The translations under genes were made by a program, and so were the position numbers. Shown in pieces: positions 27,609 to 37,255 of a stretch of DNA of 64,000 nucleotides (within the stretch, counting starts at the first letter, position 1; every line of letters starts with the position of its first letter). The DNA is taken from assembly GCA_949299565.1 (NCBI GenBank), contig OX437086.1:102919-166918 (forward strand), read 5' to 3'. This stretch comes from an uncultured Bacillota bacterium (GTDB lineage Bacteria > Bacillota_I > Bacilli_A > RFN20 > CAG-826). The notes beneath the pieces are model-generated. The model was not told the DNA's origin. It did not search any database and saw only the letters and a list, made by a program, of their open reading frames with translations.

Positions 27609-29206
27609 TGAGCAACCTCCTTATTTTTACGATCAAGTTCCTCAATTTCCTTCCGATATTTCTCCATTTCCACGCTATTAGCCAAAACAAAGTGACCAGG
27701 TTTAATCTCTTGTAAAGCCGGTCCTTCATTTTGATAATTGTGGGCAGTTGCAGGATTGTAAATAACTCTCTTCCGATTCTTTTCACTGCGTGGATCGGGC
27801 TTTGGAATAGCTGATAAAAGAGCTTTGGTATACGGATGGAGAGGATGCAAAAAGAGTTCATCGCTGCTAGCTAATTCAACGATGCTTCCATAATACATAA
27901 CCGCGATGCGATCGCAGAAATATTTGACAACCGATAAATCGTGGGCGATGAAAATCATCGTCAAGCCCATTTCATTTTTTACATCATTGAGCAAATTCAA
28001 AATCTGAGCGCGAATTGAAACATCTAAGGCCGAGATTGGCTCATCGCAAATGAGGAGTCGCGGATTCATGATGAGAGCACGAGCAATCCCAATACGCTGT
28101 CTCTGCCCGCCAGAAAACTCATGCGGATAACGGGAAGCATATTCGGGAATTAAACCGACTTTTTCGAGCATTTCTGCGCATTTTTGATGGTTTTTGGCTC
28201 GATTGCGATGATGCTGAATTTTTAAACCTTCTTGAATGATGTCTTCAACCGTCATTCTTGGATCCAAGGAATCGACAGGATCTTGGAAAATCATTTGGAT
28301 TTGCGAAGTTAATTTGGAATCGCGATGACGGTTGTCGTACCTGATTTGCGAAATAATCTTTCGCTGTTCTTTGACGTGCAGTTTGTTTTCTGCCACCAAT
28401 TTATCAATCTTTTCACGATACTTCTTTTTAATTTCTTCTTTTCGCGATTGGAGATCCGAAAGAGCCTTCTCACGATTTTCACGAGCCTCGCGAATTTTAG
28501 GATCATATTCGGAATTAACGTCCGCGACATTACGTTCATGTTTTTCTTCGTCAGGATTGCCTGATTCGGCTAGAGCCGAATTCTTTTCCCGCGTCAAATT
28601 GGTGACCCGCGCATCGAGATTTGGCAAATCGGAATCCAGCACCGCTAATTCTTTACGCATTTCACGGCGGAGAGAGGCAACTTTCTCAGCAGTATGAATT
28701 CTTGACCACTTGATTTCCTTCTCATTCCAACGAGTTCCACCAGAAATCCGGTATCCGTCAAAATAAATTGAACCGGAAGTAATGTTGTAAAGATTCATGA
28801 TGCAGCGGCCGGTTGTCGTTTTACCGCATCCGGACTCACCAACAATTCCAAAACATTCGCCGTTATGAACGTCAAAGGAGATGTCATGAACAGCTTTAGT
28901 TTTATATCCGCTGCCCATATCAAAAAACTGTTTAAGATGACGCACAGAGAGGAGAATGTTTTGTTCTGGTAGTTCCTTTTTATAAGTGACAGAACGGGCA
29001 CCCGGCCAACGCTGTTTTAAAACCAAAAGTTCTCGTTCATAATCTTCCTTCTCGTTGAGGATAGCGTCCTCCTTCAAGGAAGGATTATCATGGTATTCTT
29101 CTTCGATTGCCGCTAAGCGCGCCTTATGTTTGTTCTTCAGAAGAATTTTTTCTTCTTTAAGCTGGGCAATTAAGGCTTTTTCTTGTTCATTATTCATGTT
29201 TTCCAC
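27605..29206 (-). CDS. oppF: Oligopeptide ABC transporter ATPase OppF with N-terminal extension and coiled-coil insert
   Basis: GESGCGKTT, IFQDP, YPHEFSGGQRQR, DEPISALD, HPYT. Confidence 0.9.
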   Translation of the reverse strand: MENMNNEQEKALIAQLKEEKILLKNKHKARLAAIEEEYHDNPSLKEDAILNEKEDYERELLVLKQRWPGARSVTYKKELPEQNILLSVRHLKQFFDMGSGYKTKAVHDISFDVHNGECFGIVGESGCGKTTTGRCIMNLYNITSGSIYFDGYRISGGTRWNEKEIKWSRIHTAEKVASLRREMRKELAVLDSDLPNLDARVTNLTREKNSALAESGNPDEEKHERNVADVNSEYDPKIREARENREKALSDLQSRKEEIKKKYREKIDKLVAENKLHVKEQRKIISQIRYDNRHRDSKLTSQIQMIFQDPVDSLDPRMTVEDIIQEGLKIQHHRNRAKNHQKCAEMLEKVGLIPEYASRYPHEFSGGQRQRIGIARALIMNPRLLICDEPISALDVSIRAQILNLLNDVKNEMGLTMIFIAHDLSVVKYFCDRIAVMYYGSIVELASSDELFLHPLHPYTKALLSAIPKPDPRSEKNRKRVIYNPATAHNYQNEGPALQEIKPGHFVLANSVEMEKYRKEIEELDRKNKEVAQ

Positions 29207-30677
29207 CAGCCTTTCTCAGCGAATTTTTAATACGTGTTGAAACAATCTTTGGCATTTCCGCTAAAGGAGCACGCTCATCTAAAAGCCAGGTCGCGGCATA
29301 ATGGCTGTCGCTGATTTCGAACATCGGCGGTTCCTTTTTAAAATCAATGCCAAGCGCATATTTAGAACGTAGAGCAAAAGCATCGCCCTTTGGCGGAAAC
29401 AGCATGTTCGGAGGCGTGCCGGGAATTGCGTCGAGGCGCTCCTTTGAATCGATATCAGGAATTGAAGAAAGCAAAGCCCAAGTGTATGGATGAGCCGGAT
29501 GATAGAAAACATCCTCTGCCGTTCCATATTCAACAATCTTACCGGCATACATGACGGCTACTCGATCAGCCATATTTGCCACAACACCTAAGTCGTGTGT
29601 GATAAAAATAACTGACATATGTCGTGAAGCTTTCAATTTATTAATCAATTCTAGGATTTGTGCCTGAATGGTGACGTCTAAGGCTGTGGTCGGCTCATCA
29701 CAAATAAGAACTTCAGGATCAGCAGTCAATGCAATAGCGATGACAATTCTTTGACGCATACCACCAGAAAATTCGAAAGGATATTGTTTAAACCGCCGTT
29801 CAGGATCGGAAATGCCGACTTCAGTCATGACTTTTAAAGCCCGTCTTTTCGCTTCTTTGTGAGTGACGCGGAGATCGGAAGTATAACGTCTTTTTTCAGC
29901 GATGAAATCGCCATAAACATCACTCCAAGATTTCTTAGAATGATTGGCTAGGATTTCTTTTTCTTTCTCTCGATGGATGGAAAGAACTTTCTTTTTAAAC
30001 TCGCGCACTTTTTTGTTCGCTTCTTTTTTCTTCTTGCGTAAAACTACGCGATCCTCCTTGATAATTGGAAGTAAGCGTTCCTTTTCTTTTTTAGCGTTTT
30101 CTTTAGCTGAGGCAATTACTTCTTTGTCTTTGCTTTTCTTTGCATAACGCAGCTCTTCTTTTGAAATTTGCAACAACCGCTGGTCATTTTTAAGTTTAAT
30201 CAAAGCGTCGTTGATAATCTCGTTGCGAAGTTTTTTTACCTTGTTGCCATTGATAATCATGACCTCGGTAATTTGTTTGCCGATTCGCATGATCGGATTT
30301 AAAGACGAAAGAGGATCTTGGAAGATCATTCCAATCTTTGTTCCGCGGATTCGATGGAATTCATCTTCAGCTATTTTTGTAAGGTCTTCGCCTTCATAGG
30401 TAATCGAGCCCGAATCAATATGAGCGCTGGCGCCAAGGATTCCCATAATCGTTTTGGAAGTTACAGACTTTCCAGAACCGGATTCACCGACAATGCAAAG
30501 CGTCTCACCTTTATATAAGTCAAAAGAGACTCCTCTAACAGCGTGAACGCGTCCTTCGTCCGTATGGAAGGAAACAGCAAGATTTCGCACCGACAAAACA
30601 ACTTCTTGGTTTTTGGGATTTTCGCCAACCGTTGAAGGATAATCGATGGTTTTCAAGGCTTTAATATTCTTTTCCAT
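29190..30677 (-). CDS. oppD: Oligopeptide ABC transporter ATPase OppD with basic coiled-coil insert
   Basis: GESGSGKSV, FQDPLSSLNP, FSGGMRQR, DEPTTALDV, HPYTW, IPGTPP. Confidence 0.92.
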   Translation of the reverse strand: MEKNIKALKTIDYPSTVGENPKNQEVVLSVRNLAVSFHTDEGRVHAVRGVSFDLYKGETLCIVGESGSGKSVTSKTIMGILGASAHIDSGSITYEGEDLTKIAEDEFHRIRGTKIGMIFQDPLSSLNPIMRIGKQITEVMIINGNKVKKLRNEIINDALIKLKNDQRLLQISKEELRYAKKSKDKEVIASAKENAKKEKERLLPIIKEDRVVLRKKKKEANKKVREFKKKVLSIHREKEKEILANHSKKSWSDVYGDFIAEKRRYTSDLRVTHKEAKRRALKVMTEVGISDPERRFKQYPFEFSGGMRQRIVIAIALTADPEVLICDEPTTALDVTIQAQILELINKLKASRHMSVIFITHDLGVVANMADRVAVMYAGKIVEYGTAEDVFYHPAHPYTWALLSSIPDIDSKERLDAIPGTPPNMLFPPKGDAFALRSKYALGIDFKKEPPMFEISDSHYAATWLLDERAPLAEMPKIVSTRIKNSLRKAGGKHE

Positions 30678-30678
30678 C

Positions 30679-32688
30679 TTAGTCTTGCGCTCCTTTCATC
30701 GAAGGATTCAAAGCATCACGGAGACCGTTGCCAAATAGATTAAAACAAATCATGATGATGATCATGACAATGGATGCTGCGACGATCATGTATGGATAAT
30801 TTTGAATGTAATCTTGCGCTGTTGAAAGCGTGACGCCAAATGACTGCCCTCCTTGGAAAGCAAGGGCGCCAGGCAAAATGTACGAAATCGTTGCTTCTGA
30901 GAAGATGACGGACGGAATCATCAAGACAGCGCTTGTAACAATTGTCCCAACGCCATTTGGCAAAATATGACGGAAGATCAATCGACCATCAGAAGCGCCT
31001 AGAGTTCTTGAAGCTAAAACGTATTCACGCCTCTTAAAACGATAGAACTGACTTCGCGTAGTCGATGAGACACCAATCCAGCCCGTTAAACAAAGGGCCA
31101 ATAGGAAGGTCCAGAAATTAGAACCTAGCAATAAAACAATAAGCGTCATGAGAACGACAAACGGCATGCCACCGAGAATCTCCGTAATTCGTTCCATGAA
31201 TAGGTCAATCCAGCCGCCAAAATATCCAGAAATTGAACCCCAAATAAGACCGATTGTTACGTTAATAATGGTCGCTAATAGGCCAAGTTCAAGAGACGTT
31301 AATAAACCAGAGAAAACAATCTTAAAGAAGTCTTGTCCTTGGTTATTTGTGCCAAAGAAATATTTAACAGGGGTACATTCGGCTGTGTAACCCATGTAGT
31401 AATAATAGCGATAACGAGAGCGGACAACCGTCAAAGACTGAGAAGTGGCGCCGTTCCAACTGCTATAGTTTTCGGAGATGACGCTGCGAATCGGACTATA
31501 TGTTTCACCGAGTTCTGTAAGATGGAATTCACCCGGTGCACCAGTGCTATTTTGCCATTCATAGGTAATCCAACCGCGATTTACCATATCCTGAACTTGT
31601 GAATAAGTGACGCCTTCCCAAACATCATCAGAATTGGCGGCAGCGTAATAATCGTAAACAAAATCACCCACAGTCACGATTGAACCATGAATATTGGCTT
31701 GTCCGTTTCCTTGAACCCGCCAATTGTTGGTTGTGCTGCCAAGCATTTGAGTCGCGTCATCAAAAGAAATCGTTTCATTTAGAACGCCGTTTTGCGTTAG
31801 AGAAGCTTTTGTAACAAAAATAGTCTGCCGTGTTTCAACTTCGCCTAGCGTGCGGAATCCCACTGCTCCCCGAATTGAAGTTTCACTACGTCCGCTTTCT
31901 TCTAGAACCTCGCGCACAAGAGGAGAAATATCAAATGTTTTGGCAGAATAATCTTGTGAAAAATCAGTCAAGGCCACAAGAGGCGTCACTGTCGTTCCGT
32001 CAACTTCAAAGAAATATGGAGCGAAAATAACATCTCCCGAAAGAGAATCATCCAAGCATTTTTCAACATCTAATTCATATGAGAATTCGTTGCTCACGCT
32101 CAAATCAAAAAGCGCAGTTGGAGAATAAAAGCCGAGATCAGTGTTATAAGAATTGGGGTAGAAAGTTGCATCGCCGCCATGGCCATAAGCAGTAACAGTC
32201 GATGACAGGTTGTTGTAAGTTTCTTCACGATATGTGATGCCCTCTACGCCATTCATGATGCCGGCCTCGATGTATTCAAGATTCCCCGTCCCTGGCTCCG
32301 CAGCCGGAAGCATCGTTTCGGGATCGATTGTCGCTCCTTCAATGTAAGAAGTGCCATCCATGAAACCGCCATTGTAGGAATCGAACCATTTCGGCGGCAA
32401 AAAACGCGTTAAAGTATTGTTTTGCGTTATTGAGTTGCCATCGGCGTAAGGCACAATCGCGGCCATAATAATCAAAACGCCTAAAATAACAGCAGCTGTA
32501 ACTGAAGATTTAGATTTGCAGAAACGTTTGAAAGCATCCTTAAAATAAGTTGTGGGTTTCGTTTCAAATTTCGTATCGTGAATGGATTTATCGAGTTGAA
32601 CAAAAGAGAAGTCTTTGGCTTCATCCACTGTAATTTGCGTTTCGGCACGTGTGTTCTCTTTCTTTTTTCTAAAACTTGGAAATTTCAT
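30679..32688 (-). CDS. oppC: Oligopeptide ABC permease OppC with large extracellular insert
   Basis: OppC_N (DAFKRF), FFGTNNQGQD, EYVLASRTLGAS, HILPN, GLRDALNP. Confidence 0.9.
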   Translation of the reverse strand: MKFPSFRKKKENTRAETQITVDEAKDFSFVQLDKSIHDTKFETKPTTYFKDAFKRFCKSKSSVTAAVILGVLIIMAAIVPYADGNSITQNNTLTRFLPPKWFDSYNGGFMDGTSYIEGATIDPETMLPAAEPGTGNLEYIEAGIMNGVEGITYREETYNNLSSTVTAYGHGGDATFYPNSYNTDLGFYSPTALFDLSVSNEFSYELDVEKCLDDSLSGDVIFAPYFFEVDGTTVTPLVALTDFSQDYSAKTFDISPLVREVLEESGRSETSIRGAVGFRTLGEVETRQTIFVTKASLTQNGVLNETISFDDATQMLGSTTNNWRVQGNGQANIHGSIVTVGDFVYDYYAAANSDDVWEGVTYSQVQDMVNRGWITYEWQNSTGAPGEFHLTELGETYSPIRSVISENYSSWNGATSQSLTVVRSRYRYYYYMGYTAECTPVKYFFGTNNQGQDFFKIVFSGLLTSLELGLLATIINVTIGLIWGSISGYFGGWIDLFMERITEILGGMPFVVLMTLIVLLLGSNFWTFLLALCLTGWIGVSSTTRSQFYRFKRREYVLASRTLGASDGRLIFRHILPNGVGTIVTSAVLMIPSVIFSEATISYILPGALAFQGGQSFGVTLSTAQDYIQNYPYMIVAASIVMIIIMICFNLFGNGLRDALNPSMKGAQD

Positions 32689-32689
32689 C

Positions 32690-33739
32690 TTACTTCACTG
32701 CCCCCATCTTGATACGTGGATCAACGATGCCGTAAGAGAGATCCACGATTAAAGTTGCGGCTAAACCAATAAGTGTGTAAATAGCCATATCGACCATGAC
32801 AACCGAATAATCAGAGCCCGTCAAAGCATTGACGAAAAGCGAACCGATACCTGGAATGCCGTATAAACGTTCAAGAATCATCGAACCAGAAAGAATTCCG
32901 ATGAATTGCGAAATAATCATTGGAACAATCGGCACCATCGAGTTACGGAGAGCGTGCCGTGTGACAGCTTGACGCTTCGTTAAGCCCTTCGTTCTCGCTA
33001 AAAGCAGGAATTCAGAAGACATAACCTCGCAAAGTTCGGCCCGTGTATAACGCGCAAAACCAGCGATTGAACCAAAAGACAAAGCCATAACCGGGATGAT
33101 GTAGCCTGTGAAACCGAGAATCGGGTTCGCGGCAACATCTTCGACCGATGGCCACTGCGACGGCAACCAACCTGTCGAATAACTGAGCCAAATAAGTAAG
33201 AAAGAAATCAAGACGAAAGACGGAACAGAAATGAAAACCATTACGGCGGTTGAAATAACATTGTCAACCCACGTGTTTTTCTTTAAAGCAGCTACAACGC
33301 CTAGAAGGATACCAAGCGGCACCGCAACAACAATCGAAATGATGTTGAGACGCATTGAAGCTGGCAAACGAATCATAATGATTTCGATAGCGGAACGACC
33401 GACAGAAATCGAGGTGGAAGTGCCCCAGTCCCAACGGGTAAAAATGTTTCTGAGCCACGCAAAATAACGAGTCATAATCGGTAAAGCCCGATAATAATAA
33501 TCGTTAGATCCATCGAAAATATGAACGTCATAAGAACCAGGATGCGTAAAGGCATAAGCCGGGTCTACTACTTCATAATACCCAAGATCTACTTGCTGAT
33601 TCCAAAATGAGATACGCGCCGTTACTGAACCACGCGGTTCATTAAGTGGCAAACATTGTATCAAAATATAAGTAATGGAAAGAATGATGAAAGCCGTTAA
33701 CAGGATTAGCAAGATTCTTTTAATGACATATTTACCCAT
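32690..33739 (-). CDS. oppB: Oligopeptide ABC permease OppB
   Basis: KYVIKR, DWGTS, ARYTR, ARTKGL, HALRNS, IPGIG, DPRI. Confidence 0.92.
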   Translation of the reverse strand: MGKYVIKRILLILLTAFIILSITYILIQCLPLNEPRGSVTARISFWNQQVDLGYYEVVDPAYAFTHPGSYDVHIFDGSNDYYYRALPIMTRYFAWLRNIFTRWDWGTSTSISVGRSAIEIIMIRLPASMRLNIISIVVAVPLGILLGVVAALKKNTWVDNVISTAVMVFISVPSFVLISFLLIWLSYSTGWLPSQWPSVEDVAANPILGFTGYIIPVMALSFGSIAGFARYTRAELCEVMSSEFLLLARTKGLTKRQAVTRHALRNSMVPIVPMIISQFIGILSGSMILERLYGIPGIGSLFVNALTGSDYSVVMVDMAIYTLIGLAATLIVDLSYGIVDPRIKMGAVK

Positions 33740-33830
33740 ATTTATTGTCCTTATCGATTATCCGCTTGCGCTTTGTATTTTGGCACAAAGAAAGATAGAA
33801 GTCTTCTTGAATTTAAGGTTTATAACCCGA

Positions 33831-33854
33831 AAGGCGGGGACCAAGCCCCGCCTT
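33831..33854 (-). promoter_or_regulatory. Strong stem-loop between oppA and oppB (mRNA stabiliser or partial terminator)
   Basis: AAGGCGGGG-N6-CCCCGCCTT, with only a short U run. Confidence 0.6.
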
Positions 33855-33882
33855 CCTGAATTAAAGTTGAGGAAGAAAGGAA

Positions 33883-36570
33883 TTAAGCAGCGAAACCGAA
33901 TAGTGTTCCGACGCTACCATAATTCACACTCGGAAGAGCAATAGAAGCTACTTCACCAGTTGCTGATAAACCGCAATCAGTGTAAGAGACTGTCATGCTG
34001 CACATTGAGCTCCGTACGACCCCGGCATATTCTGCTTCATAACCTAGGGTCAAGATGACGGAATCAAATGTTATATCAGGCGTATTGCTCGCCAAACTCG
34101 TGACGTAGCTAGAAAGCGTGGCAGTATCAATGCTGAACTCCCAGCCAAGGTCCCACATATAAACATCATCGATCATCTCAAGGAAACTCGGATAGTAGTA
34201 GTCAGACGGCGAACCGTTGTGTCCCAACTGCATCCATAAGAAGCTCGCATTGTAATTGATTAACAGGTTGCCTTCATCGTCAGTCATGCCTGGCAAATCG
34301 AAGACAAATGTCGTAGTGCCATTTTCTGCAAAGGAACTAGTGCCGGCTGTTACCGGATCAATAATCAAACCTTCACGAACAATCGCGGCACCATTAGCGG
34401 CAACATAGAAAGCATCATAGGACCACCGCATATCATCATAGACAAGCGGATCATCTTCATTGACGATATCTGTTCTATCGCCCCAGTTGACAGTGAAGCC
34501 TTGCGAACGTTCATTGGTGCAAACTACGGACATAAACTCAATTGGATTGAGAACGTTACCCGTGATCGCGCCTTCAGCAAAATCGTATTCGCCTTGGTCC
34601 ATTTTCGTGTAGCAATCAGCGTAACTCGGACCAGCAACTTCGTTATAAACATCGAGTTCGATACCATATTCGGAAGCCGCTCTATTGAAAGGTTCTTCAA
34701 TATTTTGAGCTAAAACTTCACCGATTTCATCGATTGTTCTTTGATAACGCCACTTAAAGTAGATAGTGACATAATCGCCTCTTTCCATCGTACCTTTGGC
34801 AAGTTCTTCTTCGATAGCGATGCGGAAAAGCTGTTCAGCTAAGGAAGGATCATAACCATTGGCGTTGACATCCGTATAACGGCTGAGAACTCTTTGTCCA
34901 GCCGGGGTGCCGCGATAAGAAAGATCAGTTTCAGCATCCAACATATAAGCGTCGGATAAATAACCTAAAGCGACGTTATGACCGGTCATTTGCGCTAACG
35001 TTTGACGATCGATCGAGAAGAAAACACCATCCAAGAAATTATCGTTGCTCATAATCGGCTTAACGTCCCAGTAGTTAGACGGCTGATGGACATAAGCTGT
35101 ACCAGCAACACCGAAGTAATATTCCCACTGTTCAGGTGTACAGGAGTTGACATTAATCTTAAGGGTTGTTTGTCCTAAAGTCCTATGAGCCAAAGGATCG
35201 CTTGTGTGTTGAGAAATGTATTGAGAAGGAACGGTGATGTCATCGAGACGTCCGTTGATGAAGTCGTTATAGGCTCCTTCTTCATTCTGCGGGTAAACAC
35301 GTTCGGTGTATCCCGCGAAGCTTGTCGCTTCAGCCCGGAAGAACAATTCGTTGCGAGAATAGACAGTGAGAACTTCTTGTTCCCAAGAATCGACGATATA
35401 TTGTCCACAGGAAAGCAAGTTATCGACGTTGTTTAAAGGATTGGATGAAGAACCGATGACACCATAGCGTGTCGGCCCGCCGATTTGATCAAGATAAGCT
35501 TGCGGAATCGGTGAGAAAAGACTCGACGAGAGGTTATACATCGCATAGAACTGAGTTTTTGGAGTAATGAACTCAAAATCGATGCAGCCGAGTTCTTCAT
35601 TGATTTGAATGCCGACATTGGCCCAATCACGCGTATTGGCGTCGCCATAGAGGTAGTCATAAGCCCCTGCAAAACCAGAGGAATCGGTGATCAAGGTAGA
35701 AGCCCGAATAAAGCCATTATCAAGCATCACCTTGAAAGGAACTAAATAATCCTCTAATTCAATGCCAACATTGTTCCATGTGTCATAGAGGGAGGAGTTG
35801 CGGGAAATGGCATAACGGAAATTTCGTCCAGTTTCTTCCTCATCCGCAACGGTATAAGGATAAATACGCCAGAAACGCGAAGTCGCGCCATCGGTGTATT
35901 CTTGCTCGTTGCCGTTTTCATCGAGCATAATCGGACGTTCAGTCTTCGAAAGATCGTTACGCCAGACATAGCCGTTACGTGTTTCGTTCATCGTGACGCT
36001 GAAGAAAGAAGCAGTAATCATTGCATTCTTTCCAGAGACATCCTCTCCATTGGAATTCCAATAGTTGAAGGTGCCTGAATCTTCGGTCGCATAAGAATTG
36101 TAATAATTCGGATATGTGAGACCGTTCGCAGTTGCCGTTTGGCCATTATACATATTGCCGCTCGGGTTGAGAGTTGAATCCGAGATACCAAATCCGTAGT
36201 TAGGAATGAAGGTATTGCTGGCTAAAGTGATACGTGGTGAAAAAAGTTGATAACCAGCATCATCATAAAGGGGAATACCCGCTAAATGATGATCCATGGC
36301 ATACTCTTCCATCGTAGCCAAAATTTCGGCTTTTTCTTCAGTGCTAGCACCTTGATAGTCAAGAACACCGTTAGCTAATGGCTCATCGTGAGTGATAGAA
36401 CTGCTTCCGCCACCACTAGAACTGCTTCCGCCGCCACTAGAACTGCTTCCGCCACCGGCAGAACCGCCACTTGAGGAGTTACCGCTTGATGTTGCAGGAT
36501 CGCCGCCGCATGACGCTAACGTAAGAATCGCCAAGACAGATGCCAGCAAGAGATTTTTGCCTTTCATCAT
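33883..36570 (-). CDS. oppA: Oligopeptide-binding lipoprotein OppA-like (divergent)
   Basis: Lipobox LASC, Gly/Ser linker, SBP family-5-like segments (SCGQY..W, F.NGRLD, IDRQ.LA, G.YD..G...NP..F); directly upstream of oppB; AAAGGAG RBS at ATG 36570. Confidence 0.8.
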   Translation of the reverse strand: MMKGKNLLLASVLAILTLASCGGDPATSSGNSSSGGSAGGGSSSSGGGSSSSGGGSSSITHDEPLANGVLDYQGASTEEKAEILATMEEYAMDHHLAGIPLYDDAGYQLFSPRITLASNTFIPNYGFGISDSTLNPSGNMYNGQTATANGLTYPNYYNSYATEDSGTFNYWNSNGEDVSGKNAMITASFFSVTMNETRNGYVWRNDLSKTERPIMLDENGNEQEYTDGATSRFWRIYPYTVADEEETGRNFRYAISRNSSLYDTWNNVGIELEDYLVPFKVMLDNGFIRASTLITDSSGFAGAYDYLYGDANTRDWANVGIQINEELGCIDFEFITPKTQFYAMYNLSSSLFSPIPQAYLDQIGGPTRYGVIGSSSNPLNNVDNLLSCGQYIVDSWEQEVLTVYSRNELFFRAEATSFAGYTERVYPQNEEGAYNDFINGRLDDITVPSQYISQHTSDPLAHRTLGQTTLKINVNSCTPEQWEYYFGVAGTAYVHQPSNYWDVKPIMSNDNFLDGVFFSIDRQTLAQMTGHNVALGYLSDAYMLDAETDLSYRGTPAGQRVLSRYTDVNANGYDPSLAEQLFRIAIEEELAKGTMERGDYVTIYFKWRYQRTIDEIGEVLAQNIEEPFNRAASEYGIELDVYNEVAGPSYADCYTKMDQGEYDFAEGAITGNVLNPIEFMSVVCTNERSQGFTVNWGDRTDIVNEDDPLVYDDMRWSYDAFYVAANGAAIVREGLIIDPVTAGTSSFAENGTTTFVFDLPGMTDDEGNLLINYNASFLWMQLGHNGSPSDYYYPSFLEMIDDVYMWDLGWEFSIDTATLSSYVTSLASNTPDITFDSVILTLGYEAEYAGVVRSSMCSMTVSYTDCGLSATGEVASIALPSVNYGSVGTLFGFAA
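36397..36459. repeat. 21-bp tandem repeat x3 encoding the GGGSSSS linker of OppA
   Basis: AGAACTGCTTCCGCC(A/G)CC.. repeated three times. Confidence 0.85.
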
Positions 36571-36679
36571 ATAATTCTCCTTTCCAAACAGGGTAAATCC
36601 GCTGTTTTCGCATTGTCTAATATCCAACAACTCGATTTTATGTCAATGATTATTTTCGAATAAAGGCGAGAAAGGGCTC

Positions 36680-37132
36680 TCAAACATAAGGGAAAACGAT
36701 AGCTAAGATTCCCCCAATTAGAAGACTCAAAGCCCCAACTGCAAAATAAGGCCAAAGGATCAACTTGTTGCGAGAACGTTCTTCTTGTTTCCTTAATTTA
36801 TAATCATATGCGCTATCATCGCGCTTGACTTTGTCTCTTCTCCAACTTTCCACAAAGCGATAACAACCATAAAAAAGGACGTCAAAGACGCCAGTTCTTC
36901 CAATCATCATCAAAAGCGGAAAGAAAATCAAACAAGCACCGTCAACAAAAAAAGCATTCGAGTAGATAACGATATCTCTAAAGAACGAACTATAGTCGCA
37001 GAGATTGCCGTTCTCACATCTATTACGAACAGATGGCAACCCTAACGCTAAAAAGACTACCCAAAAAATAATAAAAAAGAGGACCAGCGCCGCAATGCAA
37101 TTTTTGAGAATTCGTTTTTCGTGTTCAGTCAT
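36680..37132 (-). CDS. DUF3899-like membrane protein upstream of oppA
   Basis: 3 TM; NAFF..G...L....G.FD...YG..RF pattern; this family is typically found next to opp operons; start MTEHEK at 37132. Confidence 0.7.
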   Translation of the reverse strand: MTEHEKRILKNCIAALVLFFIIFWVVFLALGLPSVRNRCENGNLCDYSSFFRDIVIYSNAFFVDGACLIFFPLLMMIGRTGVFDVLFYGCYRFVESWRRDKVKRDDSAYDYKLRKQEERSRNKLILWPYFAVGALSLLIGGILAIVFPYV

Positions 37133-37255
37133 CGCTAGGAAGTTTAAGCAAGAAAATTGCGACATTCAACCGCTTATAAGGAGAAAATAATCATTGAAGA
37201 AAATGGGAAAGTAGGTATTTTTAGATACGCACATAGAAGAAAGGAGATGTGGCTT

